From: the human T2T-CHM13v2.0 reference genome, Homo sapiens
Reading direction: 5' to 3' (one strand)
DNA length: 64,000 bases
NCBI RefSeq assembly: GCF_009914755.1
Contig: NC_060938.1
Position numbers and translations under genes: made by a program. The notes under the pieces are model-generated. The model was not told the DNA's origin and did no database searches. It worked only from the letters and a program-made list of their open reading frames with translations. Below are positions 13,995 to 27,003 of the stretch, in pieces; position 1 is the first letter of the stretch, and each line of letters starts with the position of its first letter.

Positions 13995-14606
13995 ATCACC
14001 TTCTCAAAGTAAGTGCTGATTCACTAAGATTCCTAAAGTCCACATTGTGAACCTAGATTTGAGGTATTGAAAATCATGATAAAGATACAAACTCTTGGAC
14101 TGCATATAGTACTTGACACACTTCAGAGTCATTCACACAACCAGCAATGATTCAGTAGTCACTTAGTCACTAAGAGATCAGTACTGCACTTAGCGTTACA
14201 GATATCAAGACAAGTAAGACACAAGCCCTCTCCTCAAGGACATGGTCTACTAAAGATTATTGATACTCCAAGATGAAATAAAGCATTGAAGATGCCGTGA
14301 TGAATGTATATAAGAAACACAGGAACGACAAAGGAAAGAGTAGTAATTCCTACCTGGATGTGGAAAGAACAGCTCCTAAAAATTTATATTGGAGAAAGCA
14401 AAATTCTGAATGTTAAAACTAATGAGCAATCTTTCGTCTGGTGAACAAAAAGTATATATCAATCAGGATTCCAAAAAGAAACAGATGGCATATGTCAAGT
14501 AAGCTAGTGAGTGGGGGGTTTATTTACCAAGTTTTTTATTTAAACTTCTGAGTAATTTGGTTAATTTCTGCATTGGAATAACGACTTGATATATTTTAAG
14601 AGCAAA

Positions 14607-14658
14607 CAATAATTAAATATTTAATAAGACCAATAATTAAATATTTAATAAGACCAAT
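14607..14658. repeat. Exact tandem duplication, 2 x 24 bp
   Basis: CAATAATTAAATATTTAATAAGAC at 14607-14630 and 14631-14654, followed by CAAT. Confidence 0.95.
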
Positions 14659-14700
14659 GTCAAGTGCTTCACTTACAACACCCTTGCAAAGATAGGTACT

Positions 14701-15160
14701 CAGTCATTCAGTAAATACTCAGTGAGCCCCTGCCATTTAACAGGCATTGTTTGAGCACTGGAGATACAGCTGTGAACAAAGCAGTCAAGTTTCCTCCCTT
14801 CATAGAAATTTGCTGGGAGGAGGCAGGTGATAAATAAATATACAAGATAATTTTAGCTGGTGGTAAGTATTATTAAAAATAAATAAATAAAAGGGCACAC
14901 TTGGTTTCTCAGGTGGTTGCTTGGCCTTCTTCCAAGTGTGCTTTCCTTGCTTTCTTTCCTTTCCTCACAGTTTTAAAGCTTTTTAAATAAACTTTCACCC
15001 CTGCTCTGAAACTTGCCTTGGAAAAATAAATAAATACATAAATACATAAAAGGCTTATATAAGTTCAAGTAGCTGAGTAAAGGTATGAGGGGCTATTTAG
15101 GGAAAGATCTCTCTCACGGGAAGACATTTGAGATAAGACCTGAGTGATGAAAAAGAGCTT
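14701..15160 (-). mobile_element. L2 3' fragment, interrupted at 14895-15039
   Basis: CATTCAGTAAATACTCAGTGAG...GAGCACTGGAGATACAGCTGTGAACAAA...GACATTTGAGATAAGACCTGAGTGATGA. Confidence 0.8.
14895..15039 (+). mobile_element. 5'-truncated, polyadenylated retrocopy of an ERV1 LTR 3' segment (MER50-like, tentative)
   Basis: AATAAA 14986-14991 followed by CTTTCACCCCTGCTCTGAAACTTGCC; A-rich tail from 15022; 14-bp TSD AAATA(A/C)ATAAAAGG at 14881-14894 and 15040-15053. Confidence 0.65.
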
Positions 15161-15167
15161 TATTTTA

Positions 15168-15560
15168 ACATTCTGGAAAAGGCAAAACTATGGAGACATT
15201 GAATAGAGAATCAGTTGTTAAGGGGAAACGGGAGGGAAGAATGAATAGGCAGAGCAGAGGGGTTTCTTTTAGAGCAGTGAGACCATGTTGTATGACACTA
15301 CCATGGTGGATATGTGTCTAAACCTGTAGAAAGTACAACAGCAAAAGTGAACCCCACTGTGAACTATGGACTCTGGATGATAATGATGTGTCAGTGTAGG
15401 TTCATCAATTGTAACAAATGTGTCACTCTGGTCAGGGATGTTGATAACAGGGAGACCATGCATGTGGAGGGGTAGAGGATATAAGGGAAATCTCTGAACT
15501 TTCTGCTCAATTTTGCTGTGAATATAAAACTACTCAAAATATAAATTCTATTTTAAAATT
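15168..15560 (+). mobile_element. L1MC1-like 3' end
   Basis: CATTCTGGAAAAGGCAAAACTATGGAGACA, GATAATGATGTGTCAGTGTAGGTTCATCAATTGTAACAAATG, CAATTTTGCTGTGAA. Confidence 0.85.
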
Positions 15561-16429
15561 GTTTTAAAATATGATCATCTAGCTCACAAGAGAACTCAAT
15601 TAAATTTCCTGTGATTCAAATTAAAAATATACATTAAAATCCTCAGGTATCACGTATGTTATGAGAATTGCTTCTGGTTAACCTGTTGGAATCTGGAGTC
15701 TCTAAAATGCACTCATCTGCTTGGTGAATTTTGACATAACATCTGAATTAGGTGATTACGTTCAGAAAAACTGTGATTGCTACATTTTTAAGCAAGAATC
15801 ATGTTGGTTATGGATTGGAAGAGGATGGATATGGAATGAAAAGATGTAAAAGGTGGTAAATTAGATGGTATTAAGTAATTGAAACTCATCTGAGTAAAAG
15901 CAAAAGCAGTTTTAGTTCAGTGTGAATCATTAAGTCAGCACTGAATGTGACTGGTTACTAGAGGAACTTGGGTAATGGAAAATGAAAACAGCTGGATTTA
16001 TAACTCCCATAAATAAGTTAAACAGCCTACTCAGTGCCAGTGAAAACTATTGACAGTGGTAAATGGTGAGGCTTCTACATACAAGCATGTAGGAAGGAAA
16101 TCAACAAATTGATAAACCTTTAAAGTTACGGATTAAATACGTTTGAATTATCTTGCTTTTGGTCATTCTTTACTAAGCAACTTGTCTATCCTGATAGCTA
16201 AAAATCATAAAACTTTGCATATTTTTTAAATATTGTATTGAGTTGAATTTGGTGTTCTATAAGATAAACCTGCAAAAAATTTACTATCAGCTAGCTATAC
16301 TCAAACAACTGTCTTAAATAAGTAGTTGAGGAATTCCAAAGTTATGGTGGTATAACCGTATTATACAACCAAGTTATGGTTGTATAATTACGACCCTGAT
16401 CTCCTTTTCTTCTAACCTCAGAATCACTC

Positions 16430-17040
16430 TCTTAATTCAGGCCCTTGTTTCCTGACATGTGGACAATTACAATAACCACTTAAACTATTTTCTTCAGGCA
16501 TCCTCTTCCAATCTGTTCTCCACACTGCCCCCTGAGCTATCTTTCTAAGACATCACTCCTTGCTGAAACCCAAATTCCGTAGAATATAATTCAAACTGCT
16601 TACTTGGAAATACATGTTTTGATAACCTAGATCCAACCAACATTTTTAGTCTCATCCTTTCAGAGTAGGATGACTATGTAATTTACATTTCGTACCAGAA
16701 TACTTTTGATAGTAAAAGAAGGAACTATTTATAATTTCCCTGAGACAACAAGTTTAAACCTGACTATCAAGGCAAGCAAGAAAATATAATTACCTTATTT
16801 AAAAGCCAATAGTTTCTTTACTTTCCCAGGATAAATCGGTGGCTCCTCTCCTCTGTGCTCCAGAGCACAGAGCAACATTCCCCTACTTAGCAATTTCACA
16901 TCATATTTTGGGAATCCTGTATATTTCCGCCACTAGACTCAGAAGTCCAAGAATTCAAAGATACATCTTTGCAACCTGGTACCAAGTACAGGACCAGATA
17001 CATAAAAGGCTTTCAATAAGTGTTTTTTGATGGTGAATTA
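16430..17040 (+). mobile_element. L2 3' fragment containing MER94
   Basis: CCAATCTGTTCTCCACACTG...CTCCTCTCCTCTGTGCTCC...TCAATAAGTGTTTTTTGATGGTGAAT. Confidence 0.65.
16666..16797. mobile_element. MER94-like hAT-Blackjack MITE
   Basis: TAGGATGACTATGTAATTTA...ACTTTTGATAGTAAAAG...GACAACAAGTTTAAACC...ATTACCTTA. Confidence 0.6.
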
Positions 17041-18986
17041 ATATTGAAGCAGAGGACTGACAGACCTAAATGGAAGAAGTAAGTAAATATCCAGGAAATA
17101 GGACAAAAGTCAGGTAAAGATCTAATCACCCAGATAAATCTATAAAATTATGTTTACATGGGAGCTGTACATATATGCATATTCATCCAAAGGAAAGAAG
17201 TATTACATATAAAAGATCAAGATTACCTGTGTAAACATTTGTCATAGGTTTTGATCTTTATATTTATTCTTTGAGATGAAACAATAACTTTGCATTCTCC
17301 TTTTAAATGACAAGGTACAAAAATAAAAGATAAATTTTTAACATCCTGGTTTAAAAATGCTCCCCAACATGTTAAATAGTACTTATTATGGCTCCAAAAG
17401 CATCTCTTCCCAGTCACCCCAGGACTCTAACATTTCAAATTCTTACTAACAAATGATCTCCCAATTATTCCACTCAGTTGATTAAGATACTTCACGCTTT
17501 ACTCCTTACAAATGTTCCTCTCCTGTGTGATGTTTCCCACACAGGATCATCACAGCTGATTCTGTGTAATCACCACAGCAGAAATAAGTGAACAAAAGAT
17601 GTAACTCTAATGAAAACAGCTATGCTTCCAAATGGTATCTCATCAGGGATCCCAATGAAAAATGCTCAGAACTTCAAGTCTATTTTCTTATTTTGCAAAG
17701 GCATATATTTGATTTTAAAAGCATTTGATTTACAATGACATAAAATAATTTAAAATGAAAATGGGAGAATAAATATGCATAGGCAAGCCTTTGTATTAAT
17801 AGTTTCAATAACTTTAACAATTTTCATGAGACATATACTCTTTAATGGTAAAATATAAGGTGAGGACCCTCATCCAAACTCCTGCAAACTCTCATCCTTA
17901 GGAGAGCCCTCATCACTCCAGAAATCTCCAAAGTTTCATCAGCTTCCTCAGACTCAGTTAGACATCACCTGGGAATTAAATGAGTTAATGGATATTAAAC
18001 ATTTAAAGCACTTTCTGGCATACTTTATGTTAGTTAATAATATTGCAAGATACTTTATTTAACTCTGAGATTTATTTATCTGTTACATGCAAACTTGTCC
18101 TCATTCATTAAGTTCTCTAGATTCTTTCAAGGTTTATTTTCCACCCTGTATTTACTGTAACCCCTAGAAAATGTAACCTCCAGCAACCTCATATTATAAC
18201 TTGAGTTGTCTTTACTCCAGTGATCCTCACTTCTGTTCACTCAGTTACTTCCTATAAGGGCCACACCAAAGATTTTGTGATCATCAAAAAATATTCCCAT
18301 TAAGAAACTACCGAAGGCCCACGCCTTCTATCACAGCAGTTGATCTTTTGATTTTAATTTAATCAAAAAAATCCCATTCCAGCACCATGCAAGATGACCT
18401 TCAACTTCAAACCCTCCTTATCTATACCATTAGTCATTCTTGCTTGTTTTAAAGATCAAATGGTGTTCTTCCTGCTCAAGGCCAAATTCTCTCCCCAGAT
18501 CTTGTCCCTTTCTCCTTCTTTCTTCCCCTCCTTCAGGATTTTGTTCCCTCTGTTATCATTCATTTTCTATATGCAACTTCTTTTCTTCTCTCTCTCTCCT
18601 GTGTCTTTCCCCTCACCTGAGAACAAGTTCAAATATTTTATATCAGGACAACTCTTCTTGAGCTTTTCATGCAGCTCTAGATACTGCCGAGATAATTTTT
18701 CCATGTCTTATCCAATCTTGTCAAAAATAAATCTTCATGTTATGTTTCCAATTCCTCACCTCCCATTCACTAATTCATTATTGTCTTCAGTCAACAAAAC
18801 TTAACAAGTGCTTCCTGTCTGACAGTTAACTCTAACCCAAACTCTTACTTCATAAATCCACTAACATTAACATTTCAGCTTGTCTTTTTTTTTTTTTTAG
18901 TTTTTGATAGTGTTAATCACTTCATTAGCCTCCCCTCCTGCTGTGTCTCTGTGAACATACTCATTTTTACATTTTATTCTACCTCT

Positions 18987-19699
18987 TGTCAAGGAAAAAT
19001 TGTACCAAACAGAATCAAGCCAGCAGGACTATTCAAAACTATTGCCATAGAGGAGAAAGATTAATTTTGACTCTGCTGAAACAGAAAGCAGGAAGATTTT
19101 TAAAAGCTGGTGGGAACTAATGGAAAACTACTGGAGGATGTTGTAGGAGTAGCTCAGTGTAATCAGGCTATCTGTGTTTGCCCACTAGTGTTTATTAAAG
19201 TTAGTCTCCTATGCTCCCGCAGATATGGGAGACAGGGTCGCCATCTCCTTAGGTGATATTTCAAAGGGATAATCCACAGACTCTTAAGAAAGACATTCCT
19301 GGTAACATCACACACCAAGGCCTGTTGGGGGGTGGGGAGCAAGGGGAGGGACAGCATTAGGACAAATACCTAATGCATGTGGGACTTAAAACCTAGATGA
19401 CAGGTTGATGGGTGCAGCAAACCACCATGGCACATGTATATCTATGTAACAAACCTGCAAGTTCTGCACAAGTATCCCAGAGCTTAAAGTGTAATAAATA
19501 AATTTTTAAAAGAAGAAAGCCATTCCTGGATTGTAGAAGATTTACTCTCAAAGGGACAGAGGCAGAATTTACAGTTGCAAGTTTTCTAAAGTAAATGTTC
19601 TAAGTAAAGGGAAGTCAGGGGCCTATAGATAGGGTTCTTTAGAAAGAACCTGTCTAAAGTTCAGTCCAGCTGAGGGGAATGTTATGGATAATTTGATCA
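18987..19699 (-). mobile_element. ERV1 solo LTR, MER67-like, split by an L1PA
   Basis: TG...CA ends; GAATTTACAGTTGCAAGTTTTCTAAAGTAAATG and CTGTCTAAAGTTCAGTCCAGCTGAGGGGAATGTT; 4-bp flanks CTCT/CTGT. Confidence 0.75.
19303..19512 (+). mobile_element. L1PA7/8-like 3' end, 5'-truncated
   Basis: GGGTGCAGCAAACCACCATGGCACATGTATA...; 17-bp TSD AAGAAAG(A/C)CATTCCTGG at 19286-19302 and 19513-19529. Confidence 0.93.
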
Positions 19700-20326
19700 C
19701 TGTCTATTATGCTTTCCCTTCTTTCTTTGTCCTTCTTCTGTCACATCTTAAAAGCAGGGATCTTTAGTAATTATTATTTTACCTACTGCTGCTCATTTTA
19801 TTCAATACCAACCCTGGGATGCCTTGGCTATCTCATAGTTTCAGTTATCACCTGCTAGATACCCTCCACAGCTTTTCTCATTCATTAATTACCACCCAAA
19901 TTGTAATTTTTCTCTCTTATATATTTCTCAAATCATCCCCCCATTAATTTCTACTATAATTTGATGCCTTAGTCATTGCAATAGCTTTTTAAATAAGTGT
20001 CCTCCTACAAGTTTGCCTTCACACAACTGTCAAACATCTAACCAAAATGTAAATGTGACACGAGACTCCATAGCTAAAAATACTTCAAATTCTCCACAGA
20101 GCCCAAAGTTAAAGCCCAGGCTCCCTAACACGGACAGCACACAAACCTCCAGGACCGGGTCCTAGCCCATCTCTTTGGCCCCATTACTCAAAAGGTTGCC
20201 CTGTGAACACCAGGATGTCTCTCATCTCCAACCCCTAGCTCACTTTTATGTTTTAACCCATTCTGTTCTCATTCTCTCAACAAACCAAATACAACTTGTT
20301 TGGTATGATCATCTAAATTGTTACTA

Positions 20327-20633
<307 letters not shown>

Positions 20634-20881
20634 AAATTGTTACTAAGTCCCTGATCCTCATTAATTGGGTAAGGTGCCCTCTATAATGCTCTGTATGTTA
20701 CACTTTGCACTTATCTATAAGTAACTGAGTGTGTTTGTACATTTCCCCTAAACATAAAGTCCTTATGAGGACTCCATCTTTTCCATTTTAAAATGCCCAG
20801 CAAAGAATACAATGCCAAGTACATAGTAGATATCTAACAATTATTCATCGAATTAGTTATTAAATTAAATGAGCGAACAAG

Positions 20882-21248
20882 TGTCTTAGTCCATTCAGGC
20901 TGGTATAACAAAATACCATAGACTGGGTAGTTTATAAACAACAGGAATTTATTTCTCACAGTTCTAGGGCTGAGAAGTCCAAAAGCAAGGTGCTAAAAAG
21001 ACTAGAAATCTGGTGAAGGCCTATTTCCTGGTTCATAGATGCCACATTCTTACTGTGTCCTCTCATGATAGAAGAGTGAATGAGCTCTCTAGGGCGTATT
21101 TTATAAGGACACTAATCCCATTGAAGAGGGCTCTGCCTTCATGACCGAAACACCTCCCGAAAGGTCCCCATCTCCTAATATCATCACTTCAGGGATCAGA
21201 ATTGCAGCCTACCAGTTTTGGAGAGACACAAACATTCAGACCATAGCA
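20882..21248 (-). mobile_element. MaLR solo LTR, MLT1A/MLT1A0-like
   Basis: TGTCTTAGTCCATTCAGGCTG...ACAAACATTCAGACCATAGCA; 5-bp TSD ACAAG/ACAGG. Confidence 0.9.
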
Positions 21249-21714
21249 ACAGGTAAATATGTAAATGGAAGGTTGAATGACTTAGGTATCCTTTTATGCT
21301 CACAACAAGATCATAGAGAAAGCAAATATGTCCATCCATACAAATACACACATTTACTAGCAAATATAAAATGACCTTCAAATCTGTTCTGTAAGTTTAG
21401 TGAAGTCTAAGCTCACTGACTTTTTAAGTGCTTTTACCATGCATTGCACAAAATTTCTCTTGGATGGAGGGGATATGTATAAAAATATTCTAGAGGCAGA
21501 ATTCAGTTAATCTGATAGAGAACCTCAGGCAATCAGAATCCTCTAAAGTCATGATAGCACACGAGACCATTTTAGAAGCAAGCCTCAGGTGCCATTCTGA
21601 AAAAGGAAAGGATGCAAGACTCACTACAAGTTTTATATCTTGTTTAAGAGCAAATGAGATGTCTAAAATATTTTAGCCAATCTAATATTTTTAAACCACT
21701 ACTTTCACCCCCAT

Positions 21715-22000
21715 AACTCATTAATATCCATTATGCTAATTAACAAGCCATTAATTCTGCCAATGAACACCCATTGCTAATGTGCTAATTAGCTAATATT
21801 TGGTGCTAGGAATAAAGAAAGCTAAAGCACTTAAAATAGTGCTTTTGGAGTGTGGCCTTGCTAATTAAATGTTAGTTGACCACCTCCGGAGTGTGAATAC
21901 TGGATTAGGGCAACTGACTACCGCTCAGGTAGAGATTAAAGCTAATCAATGCACACACATTGTTTATGCTAAAGAATTGTCAAGCAGATTATGGTCACCA
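21715..22000. promoter_or_regulatory. Candidate homeodomain-site cluster (putative enhancer)
   Basis: Six GCTAAT at 21735, 21776, 21784, 21792, 21860 and 21941 in non-repeat DNA; function is inferred only. Confidence 0.35.
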
Positions 22001-22855
22001 TAGCACTCACTGTTTTACATGCACATAAACTCTGACTATTAATAATAGAACCCCAAAACTCTTGTTTAGCCTTTCCTTCCACAGAATGAGAAATTATGGT
22101 CTTAAGATTTATTTTCCAAATGCTTCTGCATGCACTTTACAAATGTGGTTTCTACAATCAATATTTAAAGGAGAAAAGAAAATATATTTGATGTACCTAT
22201 CCAAATATTTAGCATTACACCTCAGAGGAAAATGTATCTTCGTGTCTTTATTATGTCATCAGCTTATGGCTTGAAGCATAAAGATAAATTTCTTCAAAGT
22301 CCTTCTTTTTATTAACAAGATAGAAAATAAATATGAACTTTTAACAATCCAAGATACAATCCTTTCTTCCTTAATATCCTCACATTAATCTTTACCTCTG
22401 CAATGGTGATGAAAACCATGTAGCATTATTATTGTTTAGTCTTGAATAAGATGTATTAGCAAAGTTAATCCAAGGGGAATGCACACTATTACGCATCTGA
22501 AACCTGCAGCATTAATACAGTTCTCAAATCTGTAGGATAAACATATAACTTTTTGGAAGTCAAAACACAATAGATCAGCACACAGCACAGCCTATTTAAA
22601 TATATTTTGATATATTTCCTTCCATTTATCTTAGATATAAAGACTAGTCAATTTCATATCTCAAATATGGTTTTCTGTGTTGTATGCTTGATATACTACA
22701 GAGGACAAGGAAAGACTCCTAAGTGTCAAATACTAAATCTTTACTCAATTCTTATAAACGTAAAGAATGACAAAAAATGGACTCTAAAGAACAAAAGAAA
22801 TGTTGTTATATTGAAGTAGTTGTAACTATCCATGACAATATAACAGTGGACAGTT

Positions 22856-22858
<3 letters not shown>

Positions 22859-22895
<37 letters not shown>
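22859..22895. repeat. (CA)n microsatellite, ~18 units
   Basis: Read directly from the sequence. Confidence 0.98.
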
Positions 22896-22896
<1 letters not shown>

Positions 22897-23591
22897 CCCA
22901 ACACATAATAGATTTTAATCATGTTTTCTCTTAAATACCATGGGTGTTACATAGTATAAATTAATTATTTTATCTCAACTTTGTCTAAATTAAGTCAAGT
23001 TTGGTCAAAAACACTGATCTCTGTTTTCATGTTGGCTAAGGCACTCTTTACTGTGTAGAGTTCATTTGCTCTGGAATAAGTTTTTATAATATTCTATACG
23101 TTCATCAAACTGATAAATATTTTGTGCTTGTCATAGTGGAAATGAACATCCTCAGTCTTCACTATGCCAATATGTAAAATGCAACTAATCTATTCAGATG
23201 AAAATTACAATGAGAGCAATTATTTTATTTAGGATTTACCCTAAGCAAACTTGTGCGGGGAAAAAAAAACCAAAACACCTAGATTTGGTTTACAAATGAT
23301 TGAACTCCTGCTCTTGACACCACTTCTATTCTAATTCCACACTGCCATATTTTATAGCTATACATGGGTCGCCGATTGATTCCCACAGTGAAATCTTTCC
23401 TGGATTTACCTATTTTGAACATAAAACAATATCCAAACCTTCCCATTTTCCATTCCGTTGAAAGGTACTACCCTTCTATTATTTTCTCTGTTCCTACATA
23501 TCAATTAGAAAAGCAAATGAAGTAATTTATACTATGCTATTAATATAACAACTGAATATGGGATCCCCTAAGAAACATATTTGAATATTAA

Positions 23592-24125
23592 TACATTCAT
23601 TATTCAACAAATATTCATTGAGTGTCTCCAATGCATTAAGTATTGTTCTATTCTACACCACTGGGGAGGTATTAGTGAAGACGATCAGTGAAGAAAGCAG
23701 ACAAAGACACCAGCCCTCCTGAAGCACACATTCCAGAAAAGAGAAAGAGACAACAGACACTAGTATATTTGCATATTAGGAAATGGTTAATGCTATGGAA
23801 AACAAAAAGAAGAAAATAGAACAGAATAAGAAGATCTGTAGTATAGGGAAGGAGAAAGGGTTGCAATAATTGAGAAGGTGATTTATGACCAGAGACTTGA
23901 AGGAGGTGAGGAACAAGCCATTCAGACATGTGGGAAAAGTGCCGAGAGCAAACACTGCAAAGGCCCTAAGGCAGGAAGCAGGCCTGAGATGCTTGAGGAA
24001 CAGCAAAGAAGACAGTGTGGTTGAGCTCAGCAGAGTGAGCTAGGTAGAGAGTAGGAAGAAAGATAAGAAAGATAAGAAAAAAGGGGAGTGGAAGAGAAAG
24101 TCAAGATTATCTAGGGTCTTGTTAA
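23592..24125 (-). mobile_element. L2a 3' fragment
   Basis: ATTCAACAAATATTCATTGAG...GACTTGAAGGAGGTGAGG...TGCAAAGGCCCTAAGGCAGGA...GAGGAACAGCAAAGAAG. Confidence 0.85.
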
Positions 24126-24199
24126 TAAATAACTTATGAACTTAACCTGTCATGACCAAAAACAGTGCAGGATGCACCAGTTACAACTGCATACTTATT

Positions 24200-24520
24200 C
24201 CTTTATTCATTCAATAAGTTTTAAGTGTCCAATAAATACCAAGCACTAAGTGAGGTGTGAAGATTCAAAAATGTAAATGGTGCCTTTGGAGAGTTTAAAT
24301 TTAGCAGGAATACAAAGCAGGGAATTACAGCACAAAGCAAAAAGTCCTATAATGGTAATATTTATAAGACACACTCATATTATACGAGAAATAGCTCAAA
24401 GTGCAGCAGAGAAGATAGAAAGTGGAGTTTCAGAAAAGGATAGGCAGTAGTTGAACTGAGATTAGCTGAGCAGAAATGTAGATGTCTCATACATGGGAAG
24501 GGCACTCTTAGCAAAAGAAA
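24200..24520 (-). mobile_element. L2 3' fragment (more degenerate)
   Basis: TTCATTCAATAAGTTTTAAGTGTCC...GTTGAACTGAG. Confidence 0.5.
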
Positions 24521-25550
24521 TACAGTCATGTATTACTTAATGATGGGCATACGGTCTGAACAATGAGTCATTAGGCAATTCTCTCACTGTGTGAACATCA
24601 TAGAGTGTACTTACATGAACCTAGGTGGTATAGCCTACTATACACCTAGGCTATATGGTATAGCCCATCGCTTCTAGGCTACAAACATGTACAGCATATT
24701 ACTGTACCGAAACACTATAAAAAATTGGAAGACAATATTATTTGTGTATCTAGACATAGACTTCAAAGAAACAACAGTTTTTTTAAAAAGATGGGAAGGT
24801 TTTTTTTAAAAAAGACAAGAAGGTCATTACGTAATGACAAAAGGATCAATGCAAAAAGAAGATATTACAATCCTAAATTTATATGCACCTAATACTGGAT
24901 CTACCAGATTCATAAAACAATCACTACAATACCTAAGTAATGAGATAGCAACACAATAAGAGTGGGGGACTTCAATACTCCACTGATAGCATTAGACATA
25001 TCATCAAGAGAGAAAATTAACCGAGAAACAATGGGCTTAAAGTACATTCTAGAACAAAAGTGCACTCTAGATCTAACAGATATTTACAGAGCATTCTACC
25101 CAAGAACTGCAAAATATACACTCTTCTCATTGGCACATGGAACATTCTCCAAGACAGACCATATGATAAGTCACAAGACAAGTCTCAATAAATTTTTATA
25201 AACAAAAATCATGTGAAGTATTTTCTCAGACCACAATGGAATAAAACTAGAAATCAACTCCAAAGGCACTCCCAAAACCATACAAATACATGGAAATTAA
25301 ACAATCTACTCCTGAATGAATTTTCAGGTAACAATGAAATTGAGATACAAATCAAAAAAATTATTTGAAATGAATAAATTAAGTGACACAAGTTATCAAA
25401 ACCTCCAGGACAAAGCAAAAGCAATGCTAAGAGGAAATTTTATAAGTCCAAAATGCCTACATCAAAAGGTTGTCATTAAAAAAAAATGACAACTTAATGT
25501 CACACCTCAAAGAACTAGAGAATTATTCACAAACTAAACCCAAAGCTAGC

Positions 25551-25910
25551 TGTATTAGTCTGTTTTCACAGTGCTTTAAAGATACATGAGACTAGGTAAT
25601 TTATAACCAAAAAACGTTTATTGGTTCACAATTCCACATGGCTGGAGAAGCCTTAGGAAACTTACAATCATGGCGGAAGGCAAAGGGGAAGCAAGGCATG
25701 TCTTACGTGGCATCAGGAGACAAAGAGAGCGCAGGGGAAACTGACACTTTTAAACCATCAGGCCTCATGATAACTCCTTCACTATCACAAGAGTAGCATT
25801 GGGGAAACCACGCCATGATCCAATCACCTCTTACCAGCTCCCTCCCTCAACATGTGGGGATTACAACTCAAGATGAGAATTGGGTGGGAACACAGAGCCA
25901 AACCATATCA
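25551..25910 (-). mobile_element. THE1D/MSTA-like solo LTR nested in the L1PB
   Basis: TGTATTAGTCTGTTTTCAC...GAGCCAAACCATATCA; TSD CTAGC/TTAGC. Confidence 0.93.
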
Positions 25911-26698
25911 TTAGCAGAAGAAAAGAAATAATAAAGATCAGAGTAAAACTAAATGATATTGAAACAAAACTATACAAAAGATCAATGAAACAAAAAGCTG
26001 ATTCTCTGAAAAGATAAACAAAGTTGATAGACAATTGTTAGATTAACCAAGAAAAGAAGAGAGAAGATTCAAATAAGGTCAATTAGAAATGAAATGGGAG
26101 ACATTAGAACCAACACCAGAGAAATACAAAAGATCATTCGAGACTACTATCAATGCCTCTATGTATACAAACTAGAAAACCTAGAGAAAATTGATAAGTT
26201 CCTGGAAACACACAAAACCTCCTGAGAGAAATAGAAATCCTGAACAGACCAATAAAGAGCAGTAAGACTGAATCAGTAATAGTAATAATAATAGTAATAA
26301 TAAAAAGACAACAAAAAAAGCCCAAGGCCAGATGGATTCACAGGTGAATTCTACCAGACATTCAAAGAATTGGTACCAATCCTACTGAAGCTCTTCCAAA
26401 AGATTGAGAAAAAGGGAATGCTGCCTAAATCATTCTATGAAGCCAGTATCACCACGATACATAAACAGGAAAAGGCATTTAAAAAAAAGAAAGAAAACTA
26501 CAGACAATAACCCTGGTGAACATAGATGCAAAAATCTTCAACAAAATAACAGCTAACTAAATCCAACCATACATCAAAAATATAATACATGATGATCAAG
26601 TGGGTTTCATCCCAGGGATGAAAGAATGGTTTAACATATGCAAGTCAATAAATGTGACACATTACATAAACAGAATTAAAAATAAAAACCATAGGTTA

Positions 26699-27003
<305 letters not shown>

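Noticed and set aside
18394-18804. 136-aa hydrophobic ORF (similarly 59245-59580 and 37907-38278)
   Set aside because: F/L/S-rich translation of pyrimidine-rich L2 or antisense L1 sequence; no recognisable domain or exon structure
24618-24667. Repeated GGTATAGCC / ACCTAGG motifs
   Set aside because: Part of the Tigger3 consensus as I recall it, not a locus-specific structure
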